Source: Actinomycetota bacterium (GTDB lineage Bacteria > Actinomycetota > AC-67). Taken from it: a DNA stretch of 64,000 bases. Shown one piece after another: positions 44,009 to 52,816 of this stretch. The stretch spans positions 4,126-68,125 of the forward strand of contig JAIVGO010000094.1 in NCBI GenBank assembly GCA_020201525.1, given 5' to 3'. How positions within the stretch are numbered: position 1 is the stretch's first letter; every line of letters begins with the position of its first letter. Under the pieces are notes generated by a model. It was not told the origin of the DNA. It worked only from the letters and a program-made list of their open reading frames with translations, and did no database searches. Position numbers and translations under genes: made by a program.

Positions 44009-45241
44009 GTGCGACGATCGTTCTCGATGTCTTCTCGAAGAGATAGATGCGATCAAAGATTTGGGCGCCGTTTGGGTCTGGCGATGTTATGCCTGCTAGC
44101 AGTTATCGCCGTCCCGATGACTGCCAATGCGCAACCGGGTGGCGGCAAAGCGACTGGCCACCGGGCGGTCTGCGGTCCCCCGAGGCCAGGTGGTGCTGAG
44201 TGCCACGCGCGCATCGCGACTGACGAATCAGCGGCGCCGCTCACCGCAAGCGGTCCGGTCGGGTTTACCCCGCAACACCTGCAAGCGGCTTACGTGACGC
44301 CGTCAAGCACGGCAGGCCGCGGTCAGACGGTCGCGGTCGTCGCCGCGTACGATGCTCCGAACGTGGAGGCAGACCTTGGGGTCTACCGTTCGCAATTCGG
44401 GCTTCCGCCCTGCACATCTGCCAGCGGCTGTTTCCGAAAGGTCGACCAGAAGGGTGGAACGAAGTACCCCCGGGCTGACGATCGGTGGGCCCAGGAGATC
44501 GCCCTGGACCTCGACATGGTCTCGGCCGTCTGCCCGAACTGCAAGATTCTTCTCGTCGAAGCCGCGTCGAGCAGTTTCTCTGACCTCGGTGCTGCGGTTG
44601 ACCGAGCCGCATCGCTGGGCGCGGTCGCTATCTCGAACAGTTACGGCGGGCCAGAGTTCTCGGCACAGACGACAGCCAAGTACGCCAGTCATTACAACCA
44701 CCCGGGCGTAGCGATCACGGCGAGCTCCGGCGATGGCGGTTACGGCGTCCAGTTTCCTGCCGCGTCGGCTCACGTCACCGCAGTCGGAGGGACCACGCTC
44801 GTTCCCGACTCGACAACAGCGCGCGGATTCACGGAGTCGGCTTGGGCTGGCTCCGGGAGCGGCTGCTCGGCGTACACGCCGAAGCCCGCCTGGCAGCGGG
44901 ACGTCGGGTGTCCTCGCCGGGCCGTTGCCGACGTCGCCGCGGTGGCTGATCCGGGGGTGGCGGTCTACAGCAGCTACCCCTACCAGGGCCGCAGCGGATG
45001 GCTGACGATCGGCGGCACCAGTGTGGGTGCCCCCCTCATCGCGGCGATGTACGCCCTGGCCGGTAACACCGCCCAGCTCAGCCCGCCCTATGCAGGTTCC
45101 CTCTACAGCCATCCTGACTCGCTGTTCGATGTCGCGACGGGAACGAACGGCTCCTGCGCTGTCGCCTACCTGTGCGCTGCCGGCGTGGGATACGACGGTC
45201 CGACCGGCCTGGGAGCGCCGAATGGCATCGCCGCTTTCTAG
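44009..45241 (+). CDS. Secreted S53-family (sedolisin-like) serine peptidase. The true start is probably the internal ATG at 44084.
   Basis: MLCLLAVIAVPMTANA signal peptide. SGDGGYG and IGGTSVGAPLIAAMYAL (GGTSxxAP) motifs, typical of S8/S53. Confidence 0.65.
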   Translation: MRRSFSMSSRRDRCDQRFGRRLGLAMLCLLAVIAVPMTANAQPGGGKATGHRAVCGPPRPGGAECHARIATDESAAPLTASGPVGFTPQHLQAAYVTPSSTAGRGQTVAVVAAYDAPNVEADLGVYRSQFGLPPCTSASGCFRKVDQKGGTKYPRADDRWAQEIALDLDMVSAVCPNCKILLVEAASSSFSDLGAAVDRAASLGAVAISNSYGGPEFSAQTTAKYASHYNHPGVAITASSGDGGYGVQFPAASAHVTAVGGTTLVPDSTTARGFTESAWAGSGSGCSAYTPKPAWQRDVGCPRRAVADVAAVADPGVAVYSSYPYQGRSGWLTIGGTSVGAPLIAAMYALAGNTAQLSPPYAGSLYSHPDSLFDVATGTNGSCAVAYLCAAGVGYDGPTGLGAPNGIAAF

Positions 45242-45244
45242 GCC

Positions 45245-45780
45245 CTGGGATAGCAGGCCTGTGTTCGGTCAGGGGACGACCTGGGCAGCGGCGTTGTCCC
45301 GGAAGAGGGAACCGCTGCGGATGTAGCCGCGGGCGACGACAGGGAGCGGTGGCCGGTCTGGTTCATGATGGCTCGTTCCGAAGCGCCGGCTTCGGCCGCG
45401 GCGGTGGCGAGGCCGGCTCGCAGGGAGTGGCCGGAGCAGGGGCGGGGATCGGTGCCGGTGTGTTGGACGGCGCGTTGGACGGCCCGGTTGGCGCCGGCGG
45501 CGGAGAGGCGGCCCGGCCCGATGGTGCCGTGGCGGTTGATGGGTCGGAGGCGACCCGTCGGTGATGCCCGCAGCGTCGAGCAGGCATGCAGAGCTCGGAC
45601 GGGGCAAGTGGTCGGGTTGGAGCCGTAGGGGATCCCGACTGGCACCTGGTCGGCGGCGTCCCGGTCGGTTTGGGGCGGCGAATGGTGAGCACGGCCCCTT
45701 CGTCGCGGCCCTCGATGTCTCTGACCTCGAGGGCCACGAGCTCGCTGCGGCGCAGCGCCCCAGGCAGTGACCCCCTTCAT
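45245..45780 (-). pseudogene. Tyrosine recombinase (integrase) C-terminal fragment. A frameshifted partial duplicate of the integrase at 57832-58626.
   Basis: GIPYGSNPTTCPVRAL...INRHGTIGPGRLSAAGANRAVQRAV..TGTDPRPCSGHSLRAGLATAAAEAGASERAIMNQTGHRSL in one frame and VVARGYIRSGSLFRDNAAAQV in another. Roughly 85-90% nt identity to the reverse complement of 58100-58626. Confidence 0.7.
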
Positions 45781-46143
45781 GTTGGAGCAAGGAACAACCT
45801 GCCAGCTTCGGCTCTGGATCGCTTAGCCTCTCGACGTAGGGCAGCGGGGCAGGCAGCGGCCAGGAGCTCCTCGTCGACGAGGGCTCGGTCGAGTTCGCCG
45901 CTAGTGGCAAGCATCCTGCGGAAGAAGCCAAGCCCGGTCGAGCCGGTTGTGCGGTCCCGACCGGGGCGGCCCACACGTCAGCCAGTTCTGCCCGCAGTGG
46001 CGCGAGGCGGCAGCGGGTCTCGCCTTTTCGGGGCCCGAGACATCGAGGTCCGAAGGAGGAATAGACGGAGCCAACATCGCTGGCTCCCTGCGTAGCCTGG
46101 CCCAGTGATTCGCCTCTAGCCGCGATGCAGGCAGAATACGGGA

Positions 46144-46785
46144 ATGTCAGACGAGCGTACGGCTTTGGTGCAGCAATCGTGGCGGAACATCATCGCTTGG
46201 TGCCGGGAGAACGCACCGGTGACCGCTGACACCCTGCGGGGGCCAGCGAGTGAGGAAGCTCTCGCAGCGGCACAGGCTGAGATGGGCTATGAATGGCCCG
46301 CAGAACTGTTGGCGTGGCTGCGTGTCGGCGACGGTGCTCTCCGGACACTTCAGGGCGACCTGATTCCACCAGGCTTCATCCCGATGGGTGTTGATCAGAT
46401 CATGGGCGACTGGCGACTGATGATCGAAGTCATCGGAGACATCGTGCAGCCTGAGGAGGTCAAATCAAGCGAAGGTGCGCCAGCGGGTACGTACTCAGCA
46501 GCTTGGTGCCGGTCCTTCATTCCCATTGGCGACTACACCACCGGTGATCTTCTGTTCATTGACCTCCGCTCAGGTCCCCAAAGCGGTTGCATTCGCGAAT
46601 GGGAGGACGGAGCGGCGCACCTCCGGAAACCCAATTGGGACAGCATCGCTTCGATGCTGGCGGATATCGACCAAGCTCTACGGGCGGGGCAGTGGGGAGA
46701 CGACGAGACTGGAAGGATTCCAACGGTGGAGAACGGGGCACTCAGGTGGAAATACTCCGAGGGCTGGGAAACGATCGACGGATAG
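46144..46785 (+). CDS. SUKH-1 / SMI1-KNR4 family protein (polymorphic-toxin immunity protein family), orphan.
   Basis: ...AWCRSFIPIGDYTTGDLLFIDLRSGPQSGCIREWEDG is the hallmark SMI1/KNR4 (SUKH) C-terminal motif. No adjacent toxin gene. Confidence 0.7.
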   Translation: MSDERTALVQQSWRNIIAWCRENAPVTADTLRGPASEEALAAAQAEMGYEWPAELLAWLRVGDGALRTLQGDLIPPGFIPMGVDQIMGDWRLMIEVIGDIVQPEEVKSSEGAPAGTYSAAWCRSFIPIGDYTTGDLLFIDLRSGPQSGCIREWEDGAAHLRKPNWDSIASMLADIDQALRAGQWGDDETGRIPTVENGALRWKYSEGWETIDG

Positions 46786-47335
46786 CGACGCGCCTGGCCG
46801 AATCCTCAGGGGTTCTTCCGCACCCCGACTGATAGCCAAGCTGCCAGTCCCGGTCGGGCGGGCCAACAGCTGGGACCGCGCCCAGACCGTTTCCCGATCC
46901 AGATATCGGTCTGCGATGGCCGAGCAACAGGCGTGTTCCGGCGCGTCACTCAGCGCCCCGGCGAGGCGGGCGATCTCGGCCTATAAGGTCTCGATGCGTC
47001 CAGCCTGCTCCTCGTTGAGTCGTTCCGGTGGTTGAGTTCGGCGGCCAGCTGGGCCACAGTCTCCTGCGCTCGGGCGATCGAGCTGTCTGCCATCGGCTCG
47101 GCTCTTTTGTCGGGTGGGCGGCGCTTGCCGGGCCGGCACCGGCTCCGGGACGGGGAGGCGAGGCTCGGCGAAGGCGACGAGCGGAGCGTGCTCGGACTTG
47201 CCGCCCGAGAGGGTCCCAGCGCCACCGTGGCCACCGTTGCGGCGTCCGCCCAAAGCCGCCCGAGCGCTGTGGCGCGACTCACACGCTGCTGGGGAGTCGC
47301 CAGTACCCAACGGTCTCAGTTCGTCTGGACCGTCG

Positions 47336-48085
47336 TCAGTGGTCGCGGTACCGGACCCGTCGGGGTCGCGGCTGGGTTGGCGTGGTGTGCGGGGCCCTCG
47401 GCGTCGACACCCGTAGGGGTTGGGGGTAGGCCTGCGCGGCGAGGAGCGCGGCACGGGCCGACGCGGCGTCGGAAACGCCGGCGTAGGTTGCGCTCTGCTG
47501 AACGCCTTGGGTGTGTTCGTCCACGGTGACAGTGGAGGCCACGTCGGGGGTGGCGGCTTGGTGGAGCGCTTCGCCCCGTTCGTCTCCGGCGACCGCACGA
47601 GCGGCGGCCGCACCGTTGGGGTCAGCCGGCGTCGGTGCGAGGACGACGGTGGCGGCGACCATCGCGTCGATCGGGTCCAGGCCGTCTGCGAGTCCCTGCT
47701 GGTAGCGGATGATCAGCTCGGGGTACAGGAGCCTGAGGCGTTCCTCGGCGAGCCGGACGGCTTCTCGAGCTGACGGCTCATGATCGATCCAGGGCTGGGC
47801 GGCCGCCCATATCGTCGCCGCGTCGGAAGCCGAGGCCGCCGCGATGACGGAGCGTTCCAGACCGGGAGCCCAGATGGCGCGGGCGGCGGCCTGCTCCCGG
47901 CGCAGCTCCGCCCGCTGGACGCCGGCGGCCATCTGCTCGGCGGCCTGGTCGGCTTCGAAGCGGCGCGTCCGCACGCGAAGCGTGGTTTGCGTCGCCGTGG
48001 CCAGGATCGTGGCCAGGTGGGCGGCGGTCTGGGTCGTCTCGCCGATGGCGCCGCCGAGGAGGTTGCCGTGGTGCTGTTCGTTCAT
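47336..48085 (-). CDS. Ala-rich hypothetical protein, possibly part of a conjugative element.
   Basis: 249-aa ORF with a 4-nt overlap onto the DUF4913 gene. No recognisable motif. Confidence 0.3.
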   Translation of the reverse strand: MNEQHHGNLLGGAIGETTQTAAHLATILATATQTTLRVRTRRFEADQAAEQMAAGVQRAELRREQAAARAIWAPGLERSVIAAASASDAATIWAAAQPWIDHEPSAREAVRLAEERLRLLYPELIIRYQQGLADGLDPIDAMVAATVVLAPTPADPNGAAAARAVAGDERGEALHQAATPDVASTVTVDEHTQGVQQSATYAGVSDAASARAALLAAQAYPQPLRVSTPRAPHTTPTQPRPRRVRYRDH

Positions 48086-48564
48086 TCGGCGTCACCTTCC
48101 GGGCTGGGCCAGTAGCCGGCGGGGGCGGGGAGGACCGGCAGTTCGGGCGGCGGGTTGTGTTCGGTGCCTTCGCATGCCTGGAAGGGGCCGTTCTCACTCA
48201 TGAGGACCTGGCGTTGCGGGGCGAGGTGGTCCCGGAGCCAGGTGGCCATCCCTAGGTTCGAGTCGAGCCGCAAGGTTTCCCAGGAGCGCCAGAGGGCTTC
48301 GAGGCGGACGATGGCTTCGGCGTGGAGCCACCACTGGGCGCACCAGCGGGTGGTGCCGAGCCGGCGGGCGAAGGTCGGCGCGAACCACCCGGTCACCCAC
48401 GCCTCCACGATGGGGTAGAGCGGCTCCGGCGGTGCCGCAGTCGACTCGGCACCGGTGGGGGCGGGGAGGGCGAGTGTCTCTTCCAGCGCTTCGTAGGACG
48501 ATTCGAGGCGGCTGAGCCGCGCCTCGAGCTCGGAGAGCGAAGCGGTGGTGGCAACAGTGGTCAC
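48082..48564 (-). CDS. DUF4913-like protein (family common in actinobacterial conjugative elements).
   Basis: PLYPIVEAWVTGWFAPTFARRLGTTRWCAQWWLHAEAIVRLEALWRSWETLRLDSNLGMATWLRDHLAPQ, remembered DUF4913 pattern (W.C..WW.H.EA..RL.ALWR.WE.LRLD). Confidence 0.5.
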   Translation of the reverse strand: MTTVATTASLSELEARLSRLESSYEALEETLALPAPTGAESTAAPPEPLYPIVEAWVTGWFAPTFARRLGTTRWCAQWWLHAEAIVRLEALWRSWETLRLDSNLGMATWLRDHLAPQRQVLMSENGPFQACEGTEHNPPPELPVLPAPAGYWPSPEGDAE

Positions 48565-48673
48565 GCGGCCTCCTCATCGCCGGTACGGGATTGCTGAGCA
48601 ACGGTGCCGCTGGTGTCGAGCACATCCGTGGGGGGTGCCTCGTCGCTGATCCCGTCGGCGTTGGCCCGGGCGG

Positions 48674-49130
48674 TCAGCGCGGCGATCGTCTCGTCGTAGG
48701 CGGACCGGATGTCGTCGGCCTGGGGGCCGTCGTACCAGGGCCGCAGCCCGACGAGAGCGGGGCGGCAGCCCGTGGCCAGCAGGAGCGCCTGCCTCTTGGG
48801 GAGCTGGCGGAGGTCCTCGACGGCGAGGATGCGCTGGCGCCGTACGGAGAGGTTCTCGCCGTGGCTGCCCTGGCGTCCGACTCGAGGCGCGCGGGAGTAT
48901 CGACGACGATGGTGTCGTAGTCGCCGACGTCGCGTAGACGCCCGAGTAACCCGACGTCGGTCTCTTTGGCCAAGTCGAAGGGTGGTGCCGCGGCCCCGGT
49001 CAAGCCACCAGCCGGCGGAGCCAGAGCACCCGGCGGTCCTCAGCGAAGACCGCCGGCAGGTTATCGGCGGTGGTGGTTTTGCCCACGCTGCCCTTTCCGT
49101 TGACGACTGCAAGTACCGAAGTCATGGACT
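48674..49130 (-). pseudogene. ParA/MinD-like partition ATPase fragments (frameshifted).
   Basis: MTSVLAVVNGKGSVGKTTTADNLPAVFAEDRRVLW (Walker A KGxVGKTT) ends at 49000. A second frame continues ...DLAKETDVGLLGRLRDVGDYDTIVVDTPA. At least two frameshifts. Confidence 0.45.
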
Positions 49131-49395
49131 CTGGAACTAACGGAGTCTGTGACCGATGTGGTGGATGGTGTGAGGGGCTAATCGTTCCGTCCAATGGCCG
49201 CCATGACCGGAATGTGTAGTTGGAGCGGTAGGTCCGAGACTGGTCGGACTTCACTGCCTCGGGTTTGTTGCGCTTTTGCAGCAACATGTGACGATCTGCA
49301 GGGACGGGCGAACAGGGGACGAATCTAACGGTGCGATCGCCGCCGCCGGACCCCCCGGCTTGCTCCCGGCGGTCCCCCTCATCAAGGAGCCCATC

Positions 49396-49728
49396 TTGAA
49401 GAAGCACTTTGCCGCCGCCCTGATCGCGGCCGCCGTGCCGGCCCTCTTCGTCTCGCCGGCTGGTGCCAGCTCGGCCCGCACCACCTGGGAGCACTGGTCC
49501 CAGCCCTGCGCAACTGGCCACAAGTCGGCCACCCTCGTCTCGAAGCGGGTCGACGGCGCCGTGACCAAGGTCTGGTACAACAACCCCTGCAAGGGCCAGT
49601 GGCTCGGGCTCGTCCGCTGCCAGCCCGATAGCCAGAGCGACTGCACGAGTGACGCCATCGCGCCGCACCACAAAGGCAGCAGGGGCGGCGAGTGGATCGC
49701 CGTGCTGATGAACACCAAGAACGGCTGA
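49396..49728 (+). CDS. Small secreted Cys-containing protein.
   Basis: aaggag RBS, then TTG. LKKHFAAALIAAAVPALFVSPAGASSA signal peptide. 4 Cys in about 85 mature residues. Confidence 0.45.
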   Translation: MKKHFAAALIAAAVPALFVSPAGASSARTTWEHWSQPCATGHKSATLVSKRVDGAVTKVWYNNPCKGQWLGLVRCQPDSQSDCTSDAIAPHHKGSRGGEWIAVLMNTKNG

Positions 49729-49787
49729 CCCCGCAGACACGACGAAGCCCCCGGTCCCATCGGACCGGGGGCTTCTTTCGTTTCTGG

Positions 49788-51800
49788 CTACGGGGTCGGG
49801 TTGAACACGTAGCTGTGCGCTGTCGTCAGGAAGTTGGCGTCGCTTCCGAACGTGTTCTTGTAGGTGGTCAGGCCCCGAGTGTCCGGGGACAGGTTGTTGC
49901 TGGTCGGGATGAACCGCCAGTCGTAGGTCGAGCTGGTCGGGCCGACGTGGAAGTAGGCGAAGCCGATCATGTACCGGAGGATCAGCGGGTTGGTCGTCAT
50001 CTCCGTGTACATGTCCGAGAACCAAGTGCCTCGGTCCATGCTGGTGAAGGTCTTGTTGCAACCGTGTGCCGTCTCGGTGCTCCCGTCGCAGCCGGGGTGC
50101 GAAGCCACCTCGGCGACGATGACCGGCTTGTCCTTCAGCTCCGCGAGCCCCATGAGGGTCTTGTGGTGGCCGTTGGTGTCGGTCCCGGCGCTGGGGTTGT
50201 CGACCGTCTTCTGGAACGAGTCCCAACCGTTGGCCGTGGAGCACTCACCAGGGGCCGGTGTAGTGTTCAGCACGCCGTCACCGTTCGACGCGTTCTTGCG
50301 GAAGCAGCCGTAGTTGTACGGGTCGCCGCCGATCACGTCGATGTAGGACCAGAACGCCGACGGGTTCATCAGGTCGCCGGAGCCCACAGTCGTGCCGACG
50401 GTCATGTTATCGGGCACGCCGATGTAGGCGATCTTGACCTTGTTGCAGGCGTAGCCGGTGCCGGTGATCCCGCCGTTGATGTCGCACTGCGTGTCGCGGG
50501 CAGTCTTCATGGCGTTATACAGCGCGGCGAACTCGGCCACGGTCCCGAAGCAGGCGTCGTTGCCCGCCGAGGGGGCCGCTGAGTTACCGGGCACGCCGTG
50601 CTTGACATCGAGGTTGGTGACGGGGTCGCCGCACTTGGCGCTGGCGGCGCCGCCGTTCCAGCCCTTCGCCGTGTCGGACGTGTTGTCGTGCGGCTCGTGC
50701 GTGATCGTCCAGGTCATGAAGGACGGGCCGTTGGTCTGGTTGGCGTCGTCCTGCAGGGCCCGGACCTGAGCGTTGAGGCCGTTCGTGCCGATGACGTCGG
50801 CCGCTGCCGCCGCCCAGGGCGACTGCGACAGGTTCGACCATGCGCCGCCGGTAGTGGTCGTGTGCTTGGTGAAGCCGGGCGGAACCACGGACCAAACGAC
50901 GGCCTTGCCCTGTCCGGCCAACGTGCGAACCTGGCTGCTCGGGGTGCTCCACGAGGACTCGAACCACCGGACCAGGCTGTAGTTCTTGTTGATGCCGGTG
51001 GTCGCACCCTGCTGGTCGCCAAGGTCTGTGAGCTTCAGCGCGCCAGTGCTCCCCATGCCCGAGGCACCGAACAGGTACTGGTAGGCGGGGGTCACGGTGA
51101 AGTACCCCTGCCCGGCGTGGTAGGTGAACCCGCCGCCGAGGGTCGAGCAGGCGGTGGGGGTGCAGTAGTTCTGCGTCTTCAGTTCCACCACCATTTGGTA
51201 GGTGCCAGGCGTGAGCGGGGGATCTGCCGTGCTGTTGAACGGCGACGTGTCCATCTGCACGTTGATGGAAGCCGACTGCTGCTGGTGGAAGCTGCCCGGG
51301 TTGGTCATGGTGTACGAGCCCGGCAGGATCGTGCCCGTCGCCGCGTCACGGATCTTGAGCGTGACGGTCGTGTAGAAGTCGAGGTTCGTGGTCGACGTGT
51401 CGTCGCCCCAGCCCTCGTTCACTTCGAGACAGAAGTTCCCGCTGGTACCGGTGCGGTAGGCCGTCTGGACTGTGCCGCCGAGGTCGCTCTTGTCGTCGGC
51501 CTGGTTGGCGAGGTTCGTCCCGGCATCACAGGTCGAGTACTGCTGAGGGTGGGCGATAGCGAAGGACTTCCAGTAGGTGCCTCCGGTGTCGACCCTCATG
51601 TCGACCTTGGACAGGCCGAGGCCGTTGAAGGTCGTCCACCACTGCTGTTCCGGGTAGACAGTCGCCCAGGCGCCGGGGGCAGCGACGACCCCAGCCACGA
51701 GGGTGGATGTCAGGAGGGCGACCGCCGTGAGGGCGCGTCGGATGCGGTATTTCAAGAGGTCTCCTTGATGCTCACGCGTGGAGGTGGCAGCCGCGGACAT
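49788..51800 (-). CDS. Secreted protein with a C-terminal glycoside-hydrolase-like domain (possibly GH26-like).
   Basis: Signal peptide MSAAATSTREHQGDLLKYRIRRALTAVALLTSTLVAGVVAAPGAWA. WTITHEPHDN resembles the GH26 (F/W)xxHE(M)N acid/base motif. The assignment is weak. Confidence 0.45.
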   Translation of the reverse strand: MSAAATSTREHQGDLLKYRIRRALTAVALLTSTLVAGVVAAPGAWATVYPEQQWWTTFNGLGLSKVDMRVDTGGTYWKSFAIAHPQQYSTCDAGTNLANQADDKSDLGGTVQTAYRTGTSGNFCLEVNEGWGDDTSTTNLDFYTTVTLKIRDAATGTILPGSYTMTNPGSFHQQQSASINVQMDTSPFNSTADPPLTPGTYQMVVELKTQNYCTPTACSTLGGGFTYHAGQGYFTVTPAYQYLFGASGMGSTGALKLTDLGDQQGATTGINKNYSLVRWFESSWSTPSSQVRTLAGQGKAVVWSVVPPGFTKHTTTTGGAWSNLSQSPWAAAAADVIGTNGLNAQVRALQDDANQTNGPSFMTWTITHEPHDNTSDTAKGWNGGAASAKCGDPVTNLDVKHGVPGNSAAPSAGNDACFGTVAEFAALYNAMKTARDTQCDINGGITGTGYACNKVKIAYIGVPDNMTVGTTVGSGDLMNPSAFWSYIDVIGGDPYNYGCFRKNASNGDGVLNTTPAPGECSTANGWDSFQKTVDNPSAGTDTNGHHKTLMGLAELKDKPVIVAEVASHPGCDGSTETAHGCNKTFTSMDRGTWFSDMYTEMTTNPLILRYMIGFAYFHVGPTSSTYDWRFIPTSNNLSPDTRGLTTYKNTFGSDANFLTTAHSYVFNPTP

Positions 51801-51963
51801 CAAGAAGTCCGAGTAGCGACGAAGCCTTGTCCCGCTTAGTTCTCTGGCCTCCGTGTTCGGTGGCCCAGAGATTCCTTGAGAGTCGAGACTCTGGATCGGC
51901 GGCGAACAGCCTCGGCTAAATCGTCGGTTGCACAAGTGTGCCTATGAATGCGGCGATGGCCGG

Positions 51964-52497
51964 TTACTCCGCCAGAAACTGCCAGCGGAGACCTGTGGCG
52001 TCCGATACGGACAGATCGGCGCCTGCGATTGCTGAAATTCCCCACCGGGTGGCCATCACGGGAACGCGGACGCGGCAGCATTGCTCGAGCGGAGCGTGGC
52101 GCGTAACGAGCTCGTTGGCCTCAACCTGCCCCGCCGGCAGCTTGACCCAACCGATGGGCAGCGCCGTGGTCGTGATCGTCTGCCAGCCGCTCAGGTTCGC
52201 CGCCAATGGGTGATGCGGCAGTGTCACCTGAACCTGGTCGGTGGAGAACGTACCGTGGTCGACGGTCGCAGTCGGCCCGGCCATCTGGAGGCCGTCCTGC
52301 TCGTACGCCTTCATCGAGATGATCGGCACCGACACCTTGACCAAGTCGTCAGCGGTGAACTCCGTCGACGCCACCGTCGGGGCCACGACCACCAGCTGCA
52401 CCCCACGAGTGCTCGCCGCCCGGACCGCCTCGTCCGCGACCGACTCCAGAACGCCACCCGACGTCGTGGTGGTGCTGACAAACGCTGGGGTGCACAT
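51964..52497 (-). CDS. Hypothetical protein.
   Basis: 177-aa ORF with plausible globular composition (VQLVVVAPTVASTEFTADDLVKVSVPIISMKAYEQDG). No motif identified. Confidence 0.3.
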   Translation of the reverse strand: MCTPAFVSTTTTSGGVLESVADEAVRAASTRGVQLVVVAPTVASTEFTADDLVKVSVPIISMKAYEQDGLQMAGPTATVDHGTFSTDQVQVTLPHHPLAANLSGWQTITTTALPIGWVKLPAGQVEANELVTRHAPLEQCCRVRVPVMATRWGISAIAGADLSVSDATGLRWQFLAE

Positions 52498-52816
52498 CGC
52501 CGGAATCCGGTCCGGACCGTCGACAACCCGCCAGAGCAGCGCGGTGCCATACAGCAGTTACGGCCAGGTTTCGCCACCGGCATGCCCGCAGTTCAGCCCT
52601 GGTAGCAGCTCGATCCCGCGAGCGAGGCCTTCCCAGAGGCCTCGCCGCGGCGAGTTCACGTCCGAGATGAAGACGTGATGAAAAGCCGACAAAGGCTTCG
52701 GTGCGAACAGCGCGTTGCGAGTCGAAGTGGACTTCGCGCGCTGATCGGCCGAAGGCATCGCGATTTTCCCGCCGAACCTCAGACGGCGGCCGGCACTCCG
52801 TGTTCCGGCCCAGTCA

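Noticed and set aside
48561-48870. Possible TraG/VirD4-like coupling-protein C-terminus (..LPKRQALLLATGCRPALVGLRPWYDGP..).
   Set aside because: I could not distinguish it from the third frame of the ParA pseudogene by eye. Left unassigned rather than called.
50598-51839. 413-aa plus-strand ORF antisense to the GH26-like gene.
   Set aside because: Antisense artefact. The minus-strand frame has a signal peptide and a coherent globular sequence.
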